DNA of 64,000 bases, taken from positions 124,001 through 188,000 of the forward strand of contig RDEW01000028.1 of the NCBI GenBank assembly GCA_011109175.1. Direction: 5' to 3'. This stretch comes from Dicyema japonicum (lineage: Eukaryota; Animalia; Dicyemida). The first letter of the stretch is position 1. Each line of letters opens with the position of its first letter. The notes below the pieces were generated by a model. The model worked only from the letters and a program-made list of their open reading frames with translations. It ran no database searches and was not told the DNA's origin. Below, piece by piece: positions 24,640 through 38,177 of the stretch. Both the position numbers and the translations under genes were made by a program.

Positions 24640-26300
24640 AAGTGAAGTAGAGGGAGCTGAGGATCCTTTTTGATGCCGTTCTTCCAATGGATTCCTCCTG
24701 AGAGATTTGAGTAACATTATTTGGACGAAGAAAAAAAGAGTCAGGGATCAGGAGGGAATTTTAAGCAAGTAGTGAGAGTGAGTGAAACCCATGACCATAG
24801 GTATGATATCCCGACAGCAAAAGTAACTTTATATTATTAATGGGTCCCTTATGAACATTATTTAAAGTTTAGTTATACGTATTATTATAAAAAATGGATG
24901 AATTATGTCTTGTGGTGGTTACATTCAGTTGAATAGAAGAGATGGCTGACTGATGTGGAGTGTAAATAAGGATAAGTTTGCGGCTAACTTTAGGAGGATA
25001 ATGATTTCCAACGATTTGGGAGGATTGCTGAACCCATCAGCGATATATTGAGTTAGCGAGATGTGTTGAATATTGTGGACGAAAGCCATGTTGATGTGAA
25101 GAGAAGATTATTAGTTTTGATACAACACGTTCAACAATTTTCGATACTACAGATAGTAGTGAAATCGGTCTGAAAGATCCCGGATTCGAAGGATCTTTCT
25201 TGGGCTTCAGGATTGGGATTATTTTGGATTTTTTATGATGCAGGAATTCGGTAGTTGTTGGTGGAGACAGAAATGATGTTTGTTATTGCCTTAAGTCCTT
25301 GCATTCCGAGTTACCTTAAATGCAGAATCCATCAAGCCCTTTGGCAGGTCAGAGTGAAGGTCATATATAACTTTCCAGGATATGAAAATAGCGATGGAGA
25401 ACATAGAGTGTATTGGAGTGTCCGGCTTTGGAAGTTGTCTGAGTGTGTGATTTTTGTCATTGAAGATAACTATTTGAGAAAGTATCTGAATTTGGGAATA
25501 TTGTTCCGTACAGTGACCTTGTGGTGGGATGTAAATATTTAAAAATGTGTACGTTGTGTTAATTATTTTGACCAGGACTGAAGTATATTCAATGTAATTG
25601 TCACCATCAAACAGAGCGTGTTTCTGGGTGGAAATATCAGAGAAAGGAATAGATTTGTTTATGAGTACATTGTCATTGAATTCGGTCGATCACGGGTGAT
25701 AATTAAATAATTTTTGAAGGAAGAATTGATTTTCTGGATACTTTATTTTTTTCTATGAGGGCAATATCGATTTTGTGGGTAGTGAGAAAGGCAACAAGTT
25801 CAGTGGATTTGTGTGCGAGGCTTGTGGTGCTCAGTGTTCTGTTTGATGTCTTAAATAATACTTGTGTTTTTCAAATGCATAAAATAATCCACAGATTTGA
25901 ATAGTCCGGTGCTTGGAAGTAAAATGTATATTTAGTTTGCTAGGAACCATTTATTTAATTTTGTATTTGGCTGGCGGCGCACCACTTGACAATCTCTGAC
26001 ATAGAAAAGCTATAATTCCATTCCCGCCGTGTTTGTATGATCCGAGATACTAGTCTCTCCCACCATCTCCTATTCGATTCCAGACTCCACAGACTGTTGA
26101 GGTATTCACCGTCTCTTAGTTCTATGTTTACTGATCTCAAATTTCCATTAAGGACTTCAGGAATGAATTAGACACTTTGGAATTTTGGAGATTTCAATTG
26201 GGCTCCTATTATCCTCACAAGTTCCTCGAACGGAGTTGGTATTAGCGGGGAGGAGAACCTGTCTAGGATCCTCGTGACTGTTTCTCGGAAGATATTGATT
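24640..26300 (-). mobile_element. Degraded LINE fragments (endonuclease and RT N-terminus)
   Basis: NIYIPPQ endonuclease motif; KIIPILKPKKDPSNPGSFRPISLLSVVSKIVERV at about 25130-25240. Confidence 0.65.
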
Positions 26301-26549
26301 TTATTTAGGTTCTTATAGATATTGAAAATAAAATAATCAATAAAATAATTTTACTATAAATTTTATAAAATTAAAATTAAATAAATTAAAGTAAAACGTA
26401 ATTTGTAGTAAAAATAAAAATTTGAAATAAACTAATGTCCATAGCATACAAGAGGGATTTGGTGCCTTGTTTTATTAAAATACTAGACAAAGATAATAAG
26501 CAACTTCGATTACATTTGTCGGGGCGAGGGTAGGGAGTTAATGTACACG

Positions 26550-28200
26550 AATAAAGTTTAGTTGGTGATATTTTCAGCCGCCTTCTGAAATGGTAAAATT
26601 GAGTGAGGGATGTGGCTTTTCCCTAGAAAAACTGAATGATAATATATTCGTTGAAGTGAGGAACAAGGGGGCCTATCTCTTCGAGTTTGAAAAGGATCGA
26701 CACTTTTTATCGAACTACTACAGATTATATGTGAGCAAACAAGTAGTGGTCGCTGACATTTCAGCCTCATCACAACTTTATATCCTTCTGCAGTAATCTG
26801 GGAATTGTGGTCGTGTCTGTTATTTCCAGCAGAAGCATATCAGATGTCATCCTCAGGTATCCACTTGTATGACATGATAGGACAACAAACTGTTGTTATG
26901 TGGTGAGAACTCATTCTAACAAGGATGTGAAGACTATTGTTCTCGGTGTCTTACAGGTATCTCCAATGCTAAGCGGCAGACACTCACTCGTGGCAAAAAG
27001 GAATGGAGGAAACTCGTTAAAATATGTGATAAGGCGATACCACGTGCCCTCATGGACTTGGATAGGGCTCTTCTGCCCAAAAGACACAGAATTGGGGTTT
27101 TGTACCAAAAGTATGGACAGGTATATTCTCTTCTACCACCTTTGAGGTAACCGAGGGTGAAATGCTGGCGAACGAATTAACTGACAACTTTAGCGAATTT
27201 TTATCTATTCTACGATCCCCCAATTCTTATGAAACTAAGAGTGAGACCCTCTTGCTGAAGAACAAAAAATTAGCTGGGAGTTTTGAAACTTTTTCGACAA
27301 AGGATAACATAGTGAGTGTGAAGAATGAGGGATCCCCCACTGAAAACGGTGATAATCTTACGATTAAAAGCTTCTTTGAGGAGTTTGAGTTAATATTCTA
27401 TGTATCCCCAATGATGTCTTCTTTGAGTGATAAAGTCTGCCTTTGCTAACTTTAGAATATTATTAGGAAGAGATTTGTTGGGAACTGTCCCGTGGTGCTG
27501 GTCTTCCAGGAAGAGGGATGTGTATTCGGTGTGGATATGTTCCCCTCGAAGGTCGTTCAGGTGTTCATTGTCGTACAGCGGGATGGGACGGGAGTATACT
27601 CAGTTATGTGTTTTCTGTATTTGAGACCACCTGCTTGTATCGGGAGTCAGTGCCCAAGTTCGGTCCCAGTTCTTCAATTTGGGGTCACAATCTTCATTTC
27701 CGACAATTTTTGATGACGAAGGTCCTAAATGCTTCATTTGCTGCTCATAAATCGCCAGAGATGCTGTCACTTCAGATTAGAGCAAGGGGATCCTCTTTGG
27801 CTAATTTGTGGAGGTTGTCAGGATTATCCTTTAAAATCTCATGTTTTGAAACTGATCGATTGAATTTAACCCCAACTATATTGGTCACATTTGTTTATTA
27901 CTTAGATATCGCCAGAGTTGGTTGTCCCCAACACGCAGTTCTGTTATCCTCCCTTCTTCGTGTATGTCCCTATTATTGAATGCTAGTGACTGCCGAGTTA
28001 TTAGATTTGACTGGCAGAGTAAATTGTTCTCCCAGATTTTCAATTTATCAGAATTGCACGCCAATTATGTGTCCTCCCACATGAATTATTCGATGTATTT
28101 ATTGTGACTAATGCAGTACATTGGGGAGATGTGCTGAGTATAATGAACAGGTCGATGGAATATGTGACTCCTCAGTACTTTACTCGTATAATCTATTACC
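26550..28200 (-). mobile_element. Heavily degraded LINE remnant (endonuclease/linker)
   Basis: Fragmentary motifs (RPSRGTYPHR, SKADF) across frames; no intact ORF. Confidence 0.4.
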
Positions 28201-28587
28201 AAACTTCCCTTCCCATGTCCTAAACAAGTTGTGTGTGGGTAATTTAGTAGACGTGAATATTACAATGAAAATAATATTAGATTTCTCAATCCTAGATAAT
28301 TTATATATATTTTTATAAATTTACCATTTATTACATGTTCACTATTTGTGCCTTCTAAATAATATGCTTCGTTAAGGCATCCACTCTGTGTCGTCGATGT
28401 ACAAAATCACTTCCTGTGAAGACTCTACACCTTTTATGGAGTCGAGCAGATCATATGGTTGTGGATTTCGGAAGTTCTGTCAAGGGTGAAAGAATCCACT
28501 ATGTTCATCCGTATTACTATCTGAAAATTAACGTTTTTTCCTTAGTCATCGGTCCCCAATCGACTTCCTGTGTAGGTACAAGCGAAG

Positions 28588-30574
28588 GGTACTAGGACAT
28601 TTGGACGACAATTCAATTAATCATAAATGATCCAAAAATACACTATGTATTTTAATAACGGTAAAAAATGGAATTTACACAAACCACCCGTGGAAAGAGA
28701 AAACTTGTGCATGATGGCTATGCGTACATTATGGATAGACAGAGAAACAATGTCATATATTGGAGATGTGAGCTGAAAGGAAAATGCAAAGTAAGAACTG
28801 TCGACGAAGAACTTAATGGAACTATGACACCACACGAACGTCCACTAAATGCAGGACGTTTACATGCGCTGAAAACCGTCAATACGATGAAGAAAAGAGC
28901 GAGAGATTTTGAAGAAACTACATCCACAGTTATCCAAAATTGTTTAAGCATATACCCTATTGATGCTGCTTGTGCGCTACCCAAAAAAGAAACCATTGCA
29001 TGTACTGTTGGACGACAGCCTACAGATCAAATACAAGACTGTAATGTTCTAACTGATGAACTTAAAAGTACTCTCAGAGGATATGATTTTGTGCTACACG
29101 ATAGTGATGGATTGCTTATATTAACAACAGCAAGAAACCTTGATCTTATATCTATGAAAGAACATTGGTTATGTGTACATTTAATTAAGCTCCATTAGGT
29201 TTTCAGTTATACAAATNATGCTGCTTGTGCGCTACCCAAAAAAGAAACCATTGCATGTACTGTTGGACGACAGCCTACAGATCAAATACAAGACGGTAAT
29301 GTTCTAACTGATAAACTTAAAAATACTCTCAGAGGATATGATTTTGTGCTACACGATAGTGATGGATTGCTTATATTAACAACAGCAAGAAACCTTGATC
29401 TTATATCTATGAAAGAACATTGGTTATGTGTACATTTAATTAAGCTCCATTAGGTTTTCAGTTATACAAATTTTACATTATGTAAAACATGTACGGTTCC
29501 ATTAGTGTACTCTATTGCTCGAGAAAAATCTCAACAAATGTATGAACAAATATTTTCAACACTGAAAGAGAAAAGGCCACAATTGAATCAACTATCATTT
29601 ACCATAGATTATGAGAGAGCAGCGATCAATGCTATCAACATAATTTTTCCAAATGCAAATGTGTATGGCTGCTACTTTGGGCAGTGTTTATAGCGAAAAA
29701 TACAAAATCTAGGATTGCAGGCATGATATAATGACCCAGCAAATGCAAACTTAATTAAAAGTATTCAAGCACTGGCATTTGTTCCTGTACCTCAGGTCAT
29801 TGAAAGTTTCCGAGCGCTCTTTGAAACTATAGATGACGAGACTGATGACGTGTTGGGAGATTTTCTGACCTATTTTGAGACAACATGGATCGGAGCCTTG
29901 CATCTTGGAAGAGAAGAAGTTTAAAAATGTGGAATGTACACGACAGACAGGCAGAAGGCTTCCCAAGAACTATGAATTCACTTGAAGGATGGCACAGATC
30001 TTCTTCACAAAAAGTGTCTATAGAACATCCAACCGTTTGTCGGCTTGTTGCAAAAATACGAAAAGAACAGTCAGAGTGGGAGCTCACAGTAGAACAAGTG
30101 ATGGCCGGAGCGTTGGATTTATGAAGATCAAGAAGAAGTACCAGGATGCCAACAAAAGGATAAACAGTATTGGAAAATATGAATACACTCCAGTAGAATT
30201 TTGGAGTGTGCTCTCTCATAACCTTTAAGTAAATCTTAACTGTTTCACCTACAGAACAATGAGTATTGATGTAACTTTTTAGCAGAAGTACCAGGATGCC
30301 AACAAAAGGATAAACAGTATTGGAAAATATGAATACACTCCAGTAGAATTTTGGAGTGTGCTCTCTCATAACCTTTGTAAATCTTAACTGTTTCACCTAC
30401 AGAACAATGAGTATTGATGTAACTTTTTAGCTCATTTTATTTCATGTTTTTATATTGAATTTTAAAACAATATGCTAATAAAAAGTATGACATATTTCTT
30501 TGTTATTTGTGCTAATTTTCCTTTAGGCCAAATGTCTGTTGGCTAAATGTCTGTCGGCCAAATGTCTGGACACC
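28588..30574 (+). mobile_element. Mutator-like element (MULE) with FLYWCH-type transposase pseudogene
   Basis: LVHDGYAY..IYWRC FLYWCH-like domain; IDYERAAINA..FPNANVYGCYF, LAFVP and FPRTMNSLEGWH motifs. Imperfect TIRs with GGCCAAATGTCT subrepeats; 9-bp TSD CAAGCGAAG/CAACCGAAG. Confidence 0.9.
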
Positions 30575-30865
30575 CAACCGAAGCCACTTCCGGGAATCTG
30601 CCTAGTCTCTCAATTGCACGAAATTTTATTATTGGGCTTTTTCGATTAACCTTATTAAAATACGTGACAATTTATTAGAAATCCGAAATATTCTAGCCAT
30701 CTAATTAATTAACAACTTCCGGACTCTCCAACCAGTCCATCAGCCATTGCGATTTTCTTGCTAGCATTTCCGTTTCTTCCCCCCATTTTCTGGACCATCC
30801 AGCTCTTTATAAGTGTCATGTTCCATCCTACCGACTTGTAACCAATAAGAAGATTCCTCACCACT

Positions 30866-31410
30866 CTCCAGTTTTTATTGATCCTCTTTGTTAATTCATC
30901 CAAGTCGTGCTTATATTCGATAGTCATGTTAGGGTCTTTTTTAGCGCAATCGTTTGGATGTACGCTCGATTGCTACCCGTAATTCTAATGATGTTCACGT
31001 CTGACTTGAAAAATCTGGAGACAANAAGAAGATTCCTAACCACTCTCCAATTTTTATTGATCCTCTTAGTTAATTTATCGAAGTCGTGCTTATATTCGAT
31101 AGTCATGTTAGGGTCTTTTTTTAGCGCAATCGTTTGGATGTACGCTCGAGTGCTTCCCGTAATTCTAATGATGTTCACGTCTGACTTGAAAAATCTGGAG
31201 ACAATCCCAGGTCAGAACAATGGGCAGTATTTTCACTTTGGCTTGTTATATGATCACTAATTCGCTGGCAAGAATATCATATTTATGAAGTTTTTCTACT
31301 TTAACAGCCTTAAGATTGTCCATTGATGTTACTTCAACCAGCCATATTTGACTTAAAATCCATGATATTATAATGTTATGGGTTTATTTAGAAAATGGGC
31401 ATTTATCAGT
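30866..31410 (-). mobile_element. 3' remnant of an RLE-type (R4/Dong-like) non-LTR retrotransposon
   Basis: NKP..WLVEV..DNLKAVKVEKLHKYDILASEL..KILPIVLTWD..AYIQTIALKK resembles the PD-(D/E)xK restriction-like endonuclease C-terminus. Confidence 0.55.
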
Positions 31411-31779
31411 AAAGAAAAATAGAAAATGCACAAAACATGTTTTTAAATATAAGGAGGGTGGTTTGCAATAACAATACACAAAAGTAATAAATTCTACAGG
31501 AAATTATAGGTAATTTAAAAGTACGTGCATACTACAAGAAAGTTATTCAAAGGTATGGTTAATGAAGTAGAGGAATTATAAATTTAGTTTTATTAGTACT
31601 AACCATATAGTGTGTGCCACAAAGAAGACATTTTCATAAGGAATTGAGCCACAGTAAAGGAATTATAAATTTAGTTTTATTAGTACTAACCATATAGTGT
31701 GTGCCACAAAGAAGACATTTTCATAAGGAATTGAGCCACGCTTTTAAAAGATAGAATTCTGTTCATTTGATTTTTAAGT

Positions 31780-32850
31780 TATCGTATTATTAAAAACACT
31801 CCCGAGAAAACATAGTTAATTAGTTCTCCTTGTGCCATATTCCTAATCATCCTTTCCGTCATCCTCGACCATCATCTTCTGTTTTGCACTAGTTCTCTTA
31901 GGTCGTTCCGGTAGTCCGCCCAAGTTAGTCTCATACCAACCGCCGACAGGTCTCATTCAAGATAGTCGGAAGTGTCAAGGTAGACAACAAATAGGACAGG
32001 GGATAGCGAATCCCCTTGTGGAACTCCACGTCAAGTCGGAAAAAAGTTGGAAGCACATTTTCCAATTTTGACAGAAAGATGAGTGTTCTGCGTGGGCAGT
32101 GTATTATTTTAACGTCTTCAGGGTGAAGAAAACTCTTCAGAACTTTTATAAGTTTTCCCCGGTGTACCGAATCGAATTAAGGGGACATACCAATTCCAAG
32201 TATTTCAATAGATTGTTTATACTTTTGCCATAAGGCACAATAATGTCAGTGACCCACACTACATCGGTTGTAAACCTGCCTGTCTGAAATCTACATTTGC
32301 CGGGAATTTGTTCATTTTGTTATTTATCCGGTTTAATGCAATTAGAGACAGTGTTTGCATATGGAAGTTAGTAGAATTATTGGTATAAGCTTACAGAGGA
32401 AACCTTTAGCTTTCCCGGGTTTTGTAATGGTATTAGCCACCCTTTTCCAAGTTCCAACGCATTGTCTTCCTGGAGAGATCGATTGAAAACATTGATGATC
32501 ATTTTGGCTAGCTCCTCCGGGGCATGTTTTAAAAGTTCTGCGGGGTATTGTCTGGTCCTGCAAATCTTCCGGTATTTAGTTTTTCAGTAAAGAGTTTCCG
32601 AAATGGTTATTGGGTGCAAATGTGTGGATTTGTCAGGTTTGAGTGGTTTCATTGTGTAATCAGTTTCACTGTGCATTTTGAATATATCAAAGTGTGAAGC
32701 CATTATATTAGCTTTATTAACGTCACCAATAGCAGTATCACCGAGTTTTTCATGGACAGTGACTGAGGTCGAACTCATCCCTCTGTTAAGTAGGCAAATT
32801 GCTCTCAACATCCTTGGTCCGTCCTTATATTTCGTTATTTCAGATTTTTT
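31780..32850 (-). mobile_element. Degraded RTE-like LINE (linker plus RT)
   Basis: KPGKAKG..IPIILLTSICK and EILGIGMS..FDSVHRGKLIKVL motifs; homologous to 21000-22400. Confidence 0.6.
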
Positions 32851-32899
32851 GCTTCACTTCTGGCAAGGAATTTTGTATTTGTTTGATCAGGTAAACACT

Positions 32900-34000
32900 A
32901 ATTAATAGGAAAAGACAGGTGATCCCGATCTTTATCAGTAACATTCTCATCATCTTTTTCCCGCTCTCAGGAACCGATACATTTTCAATAACATCGTCCT
33001 CTGACGGGTTTCCATTTTGTGTGAATGTGCAGCCCGACTTCCTCACAAGATCCTCAAATGGGATTGCTCTTATTGGTATTCCTGTGATTTGAGAGACTGT
33101 TTGGTCATACTGGATTGAACGGAGTTGATCTTATCCATGTTTGTTTCGGCAAGTTCTGTTCCCAAGCTGCACATCCATAACTTATAGTTGGCTAGTGACC
33201 AAATTTTGAGACAAACACCTTCACGATGTTAAGCTTTGCCGAGGCACTGATTACGCTTGACACATGTGTAAAGGTCATGAGAATATCAAATGTTATTCCC
33301 ATAATCTTAGCTTGTTTCTTGTGTGGAATTAGTTTACCAGTCAAAAATAGTTAGGACGGAAAATCTTGATAGTCTTCCATTCGACGTAAAAAAAGAAGTC
33401 GAGGACTTTTCTGTGGATGTCGAATTTGGGTTCATCTATTTATGAAATCTGCCCAGAGTAGTTTGAAATTTGTTCGTAGCTGCGGTAACACAAATATCCT
33501 NTATCAAATGTTATTCCCATAATCTTAGCTTGTTTCTTGTGTGGAATTAGTTTACCAGTCAAAAATAGTTAGGACGGAAAATCTTGATAGTCTTCCATTC
33601 GAAGTAAAAAAAGAAGTCGAGGACTTTTCTGTGGATGTCGAATTTGGGTTCATCTATTTATGAAATCTGCCCAGAGTAGTTTGAAATTTGTTCGTAGCTG
33701 CGGTAACACAAATATCCTTGCAAGACATACCAAGGTTTATCTAATCTTTGTCCGAACCGATTGGAGTATCATAAAAGAATAAGTTAAAAAACTACGATGA
33801 CAAGGGGGAACCCTGAAGAAATTTTAAGACCAATGATTTTGTTACGACTTTCCCTCTTTTATAACTGATAAAGTTCTCGAACTATCTTTTGAAAATGCTT
33901 GGGATTTCTGAGCAGTAAATCTTAATTTTTTGGTTGAGGTTGGTGACGCATCTCAAATTGCACTAATATCTTTTTCACTCTTTTCAAACTCTTTGTTCAT
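32900..34000 (-). mobile_element. Degraded LINE RT (family of 1-748)
   Basis: LQGSPLS, TEKSSTSFFTSN, KIMGITFDILMTF and SYGCAAW motifs. Confidence 0.6.
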
Positions 34001-34044
34001 CCTTCAACGTTCGAGGAACTAAATTCGTCGGTCAAAAGTATCTA

Positions 34045-37000
34045 GCCGGATCTGAAACGATACAACATTACTATCTGCTGCCTGCAAGTGACAAAGAAGG
34101 ATTTTACGAAAAAAATGCTTACTACGACCTTATCTTGCTTTCTTCGGACTGGCACTACTACGGAATGGGTTTTGCGGTAAATATCAGACTCCGGGAATAT
34201 ATAAAAAGAATATGGAAAGTGAATGACAGAATTTGCGTAATTCAATTGGAACCTGGATCTAACTCTACAATTATAAATGTATATGTTCCAATATCTCCAA
34301 AAGTCTCTAAAAACCCAACGGAACTGGATTACTTTTACAGTTCACTATCCACAACCCTTATGGAAATATCCACGAGCTATCTACTTTACATAAGTGGAGA
34401 TTGGAACGCGAAGGTCGGAGAAAGGGCCGGAGAACTGAGCTTCATTAGTACCCATGGGAGATGTCGGAGGAACATGTCTGGAGCAACTATGGCTAACTTC
34501 GCGATTAATGAACAATTATTCATTTGCAACACAGTTTTCCAGCACGCTGCAAGGCATATCACGACCTGGACTGGAGAACGCCGAGACTCAGATGGACATT
34601 TAATCAAAATATATAACCAAATTGACTACAATCTGTGTCGACAATCACAGAAAGCCATAATCTCAGATGCCCGAACATATGGAGGAACGCCAACATCGAG
34701 TGACCATAAACTATTGGTAATCAAACTTCTCCTAAAGAGAAGATTTTGGATTAACAGAGTCAAAAACAGACACAGAGAAGTTAGATACGCAGTCGAACTC
34801 TTAAGAAACAATCCTGTCCACAGAAATAACTATTCAGTTAAAATATCACAAACCATAGAACCGATCAATCTACCTGCTGGACGTTTATGGAATAAACTCG
34901 TAAACAAGATAAAATCAGTAACACGATTGGACATACTACTCAACTCACTGCGCAAAATTCTATCGTTAATCGCCCTGGACAGAATAAAAGCCCCACTACG
35001 TGGATTTATCGGAGCTAGCCAAAGTGGGTTTGCCTCTGGAAGATCAACTTCCAATGCCGTTTGGATCCACAAATGGATGTGTGCTTCATGCCAAAAATAT
35101 AAAGAGGAGTACCAAATAATGGGAATCAACCTATCTAAGGCATTTGACTCAATCAGCAGAGTCAAGATGATACAAATATTAACACNNNNNNNNNNNNNNN
35201 NNNNNNNNNNNNNNNNNNNNNNNNNNNNNNNNNNNNNNNNNNNNNNNNNNNNNNNNNNNNNNNNNNNNNNNNNNNNNNNNNNNNNNNNNNNNNNNNNNNN
35301 NNNNNNNNNNNNNNNNNNNNNNNNNNNNNNNNNNNNNNNNNNNNNNNNNNNNNNNNNNNNNNNNNNNNNNNNNNNNNNNNNNNNNNNNNNNNNNNNNNNN
35401 NNNNNNNNNNNNNNNNNNNNNNNNNNNNNNNNNNNNNNNNNNNNNNNNNNNNNNNNNNNNNNNNNNNNNNNNNNNNNNNNNNNNNNNNNNNNNNNNNNNN
35501 NNNNNNNNNNNNNNNNNNNNNNNNNNNNNNNNNNNNNNNNNNNNNNNNNNNNNNNNNNNNNNNNNNNNCGCCGATACTCAAATGGACATTTAATCAAACT
35601 ATATAACCAAATTGACTACTTTCTGTGTCGACAATCACAGAAAGTTCTACCCTCAAATGCCCGAACATATGGAGGAACGCCAGCATCGAGTGACCATAAA
35701 CTACTGGTAATCAAACTTCTCTTAAAAAGGAGATTTTGAATTAACAGAGTCAAAGATAGACACAGAGAAGTTAGATACGCAGTCGAACTCTTAAGAAACA
35801 ATCCTATTTACAGAAATAACTATTCAGCTAAAATATCACAAACCATAGAACCGATCAATCTACCTGCTGGAAGTTTATGGAATAAACTCGTAAACAAAAT
35901 AAAACCAGTAACACGATTGGACATACTACTCAACTCACTGCGCAAAATTTTATCGTTAATCGCTCTGGACAGAATAAAAGCCCCACTACGTGGATTTATC
36001 GGAGCTAGCCAAAGTGGGTTTGCCTCTGGAAGATCAACTTCCAATGCCGTTTGGATCCACAAATGGATGTCTGCTTCATGCCAAAAATATAAAGAGGAGT
36101 ACCAAATAATGGGAATCAACCTATCTAAGGCATTTGACTCAATCAGCAGAGTCAAGATGATACAAATATTAACACAACTACTCGAGGAAGGTTGCATCAG
36201 AATAATTCGTTATCTAATCCAGCTCGGAAATCAGAAATCCAGAGTATTCGGAACAAATAAGCGCACCTCCTAGAAGAAGCCCTATCCCCGGTCTTATTCA
36301 TCGCATATCTGGAGGCAACCCTACGAAAGGCCAGGAATAATATCCCCAGATATATAACGTAAGTCATCTTCGCAGATGACATAGCTCTCATGGCAACAGA
36401 CCACCAATTAGAAGGTATTATCGACAAATTGGCTGAAACATTTGAAAAATCATTATAAAAGCAAACATCGAGAAAGCAGAATATACTATAGTAAGGAGAT
36501 GCAAACAACGACACGAGAAAAAACGGAGCCATACAAAGAAACTTGGCACTCTTTTAGGAGATACAGAAGACATACTACGAAAAAAATCACTAGCAGCTTT
36601 CGCTCTTAAAAGACTAAACAACGTATGGTTACGAGGTAAACAAATTTCTGCCTCTTTAAAAATCAAATTATACAATATGTTCGTAAAACCGGTTTTACTG
36701 TACAACTCTTCTACCTGGGCACTCACAATGCCTGAAATGGAAAGTCTGAACTCTTTTCATAGAATGAAGCTCAGATACATTCTAATAATGTCCTGGCCAA
36801 AGCACATCTCAAACAAATACCTCTATTCCCATTACAATATCCACCCGTTGTATGGAGAAATAAGAAGTAACAGATGGGGGTTATTTGGTCACATCTTAAA
36901 AATGGACAGGAATACTACCACTAATCTCGCGATGGAACACTACATCCGGGATCGACTTTCCTGGAAAGACCACGAATTACTCTACCAATTTTTCTACATC

Positions 37001-37170
37001 AAGACATAACTTCGATTGGGAAAGGGTTGACGTCGGCAGAGGATCTTGAGCACCTGAGGGACCGATCGAGGAACAGAGGGAACTAGAAGCGATTAACAAA
37101 ACGAATCCAGGAGAGAGTGGCACAAGCGAGATAACTTTACAAGCGTTGTTTTGCAATGCGCTTATTAATA
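34045..37170 (+). mobile_element. RTE-like LINE (APE endonuclease plus RT) spanning an assembly gap
   Basis: ICCLQ, GDWNAKVG, YNQIDY, SSDHKLL, GINLSKAFDSISR, FADD and VKPVLLYNSSTW motifs. Sequence 34595-35185 is repeated after the gap. Confidence 0.9.
35186..35568. other. Assembly gap (N run)
   Basis: Continuous Ns flanked by duplicated sequence. Confidence 1.
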
Positions 37171-37199
37171 ATAAATCTTCCTCGTTAAGATTTTTCTAG

Positions 37200-38122
37200 G
37201 GACCGAGTCAGGGACCCTGTTTGTTAAACGAAAAGGTGATTTTTCCCCATTTGTAATTCAGGGAAGTATTTCTATTTTTTCAGAGATGAGTGTTCCCTAT
37301 ATCCGAATAGGATTTTGGTCGCTCGGTTAGTCATAAATCACAGACCAGTTGGAAGGGAAACAATGTTGGGGGTGGCAAGGGTCAAATCATGTCAAGTCGT
37401 GTTATCATAAGTTCTATAAGGTGTACTTGTGCTCATCCGGTAATCGGTAAGGATTATGAAATTATCCAGTAGAGAGAGATGTCCTCTGACATCAACAGTT
37501 TGGCTTTTGTACCAGGTCGGGTGTTGCTCGTTGAGGTATATCAACAAATGTTGGTTTGATGTAATACATCCAAGGAGAAGGTAAACTCATTTTGGCAGGA
37601 GCTGGTAGGTCGAATGTACATGTTTACAATTATAATGTTTCCCATGTTTGTTCGAATGAAGATCCCAATGTATTCAACGGGAGATGGAGGATCACAATGC
37701 GAAGGAGTTATTTTGTGACAGATCTCTATTTTAACGAGAGTAATGACTCCTCCAATCTAGTGATCCTAAGAATTTATCCCAAAAGTGTAAGAGTGTGTCA
37801 GTTTCTTCTCCTGTAATAGGCACACGTCGACTTCTTTAAGAGAGTTTTGAGTTCGATTATCTTTCCTCTCACTCAATTTATGTTGAGTTGAATGATAGAA
37901 AGATTTCGCTGGTCCCGGATTATGTTTGATGTCTCCAGAAATGATTAAGAGCGTTCCTAACCGGTCAAATATGTAATACAGAAAGAGCTGTCCAAGAAAA
38001 ACATTTTTCTTGGATTGTTGTGGGAAAACGATCCATTTATGACTAACAGTGGGCGTCAGCAGGAACAATGAAGTACATGAGGCACAATTAACTATTATAT
38101 ATATTTGGCTACTAAGTGGCAA
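37200..38122 (-). mobile_element. Degraded LINE 5' region: 2A-like motif followed by APE endonuclease remnant
   Basis: LLIISGDIKHNPGP (core motif at 37910-37933), then DVCLLQE, GGVITLVK and IVNMYIRP endonuclease-like motifs. Confidence 0.6.
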
Positions 38123-38177
38123 ATTAATTATAATTTATATTAATGATAATTTATATTATTAAATAGTTACCAGGGAA

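Noticed and set aside
34135-35739. 534-aa ORF, and the long ORFs at 43311-43913
   Set aside because: Length is inflated by N runs; the real parts are LINE fragments.
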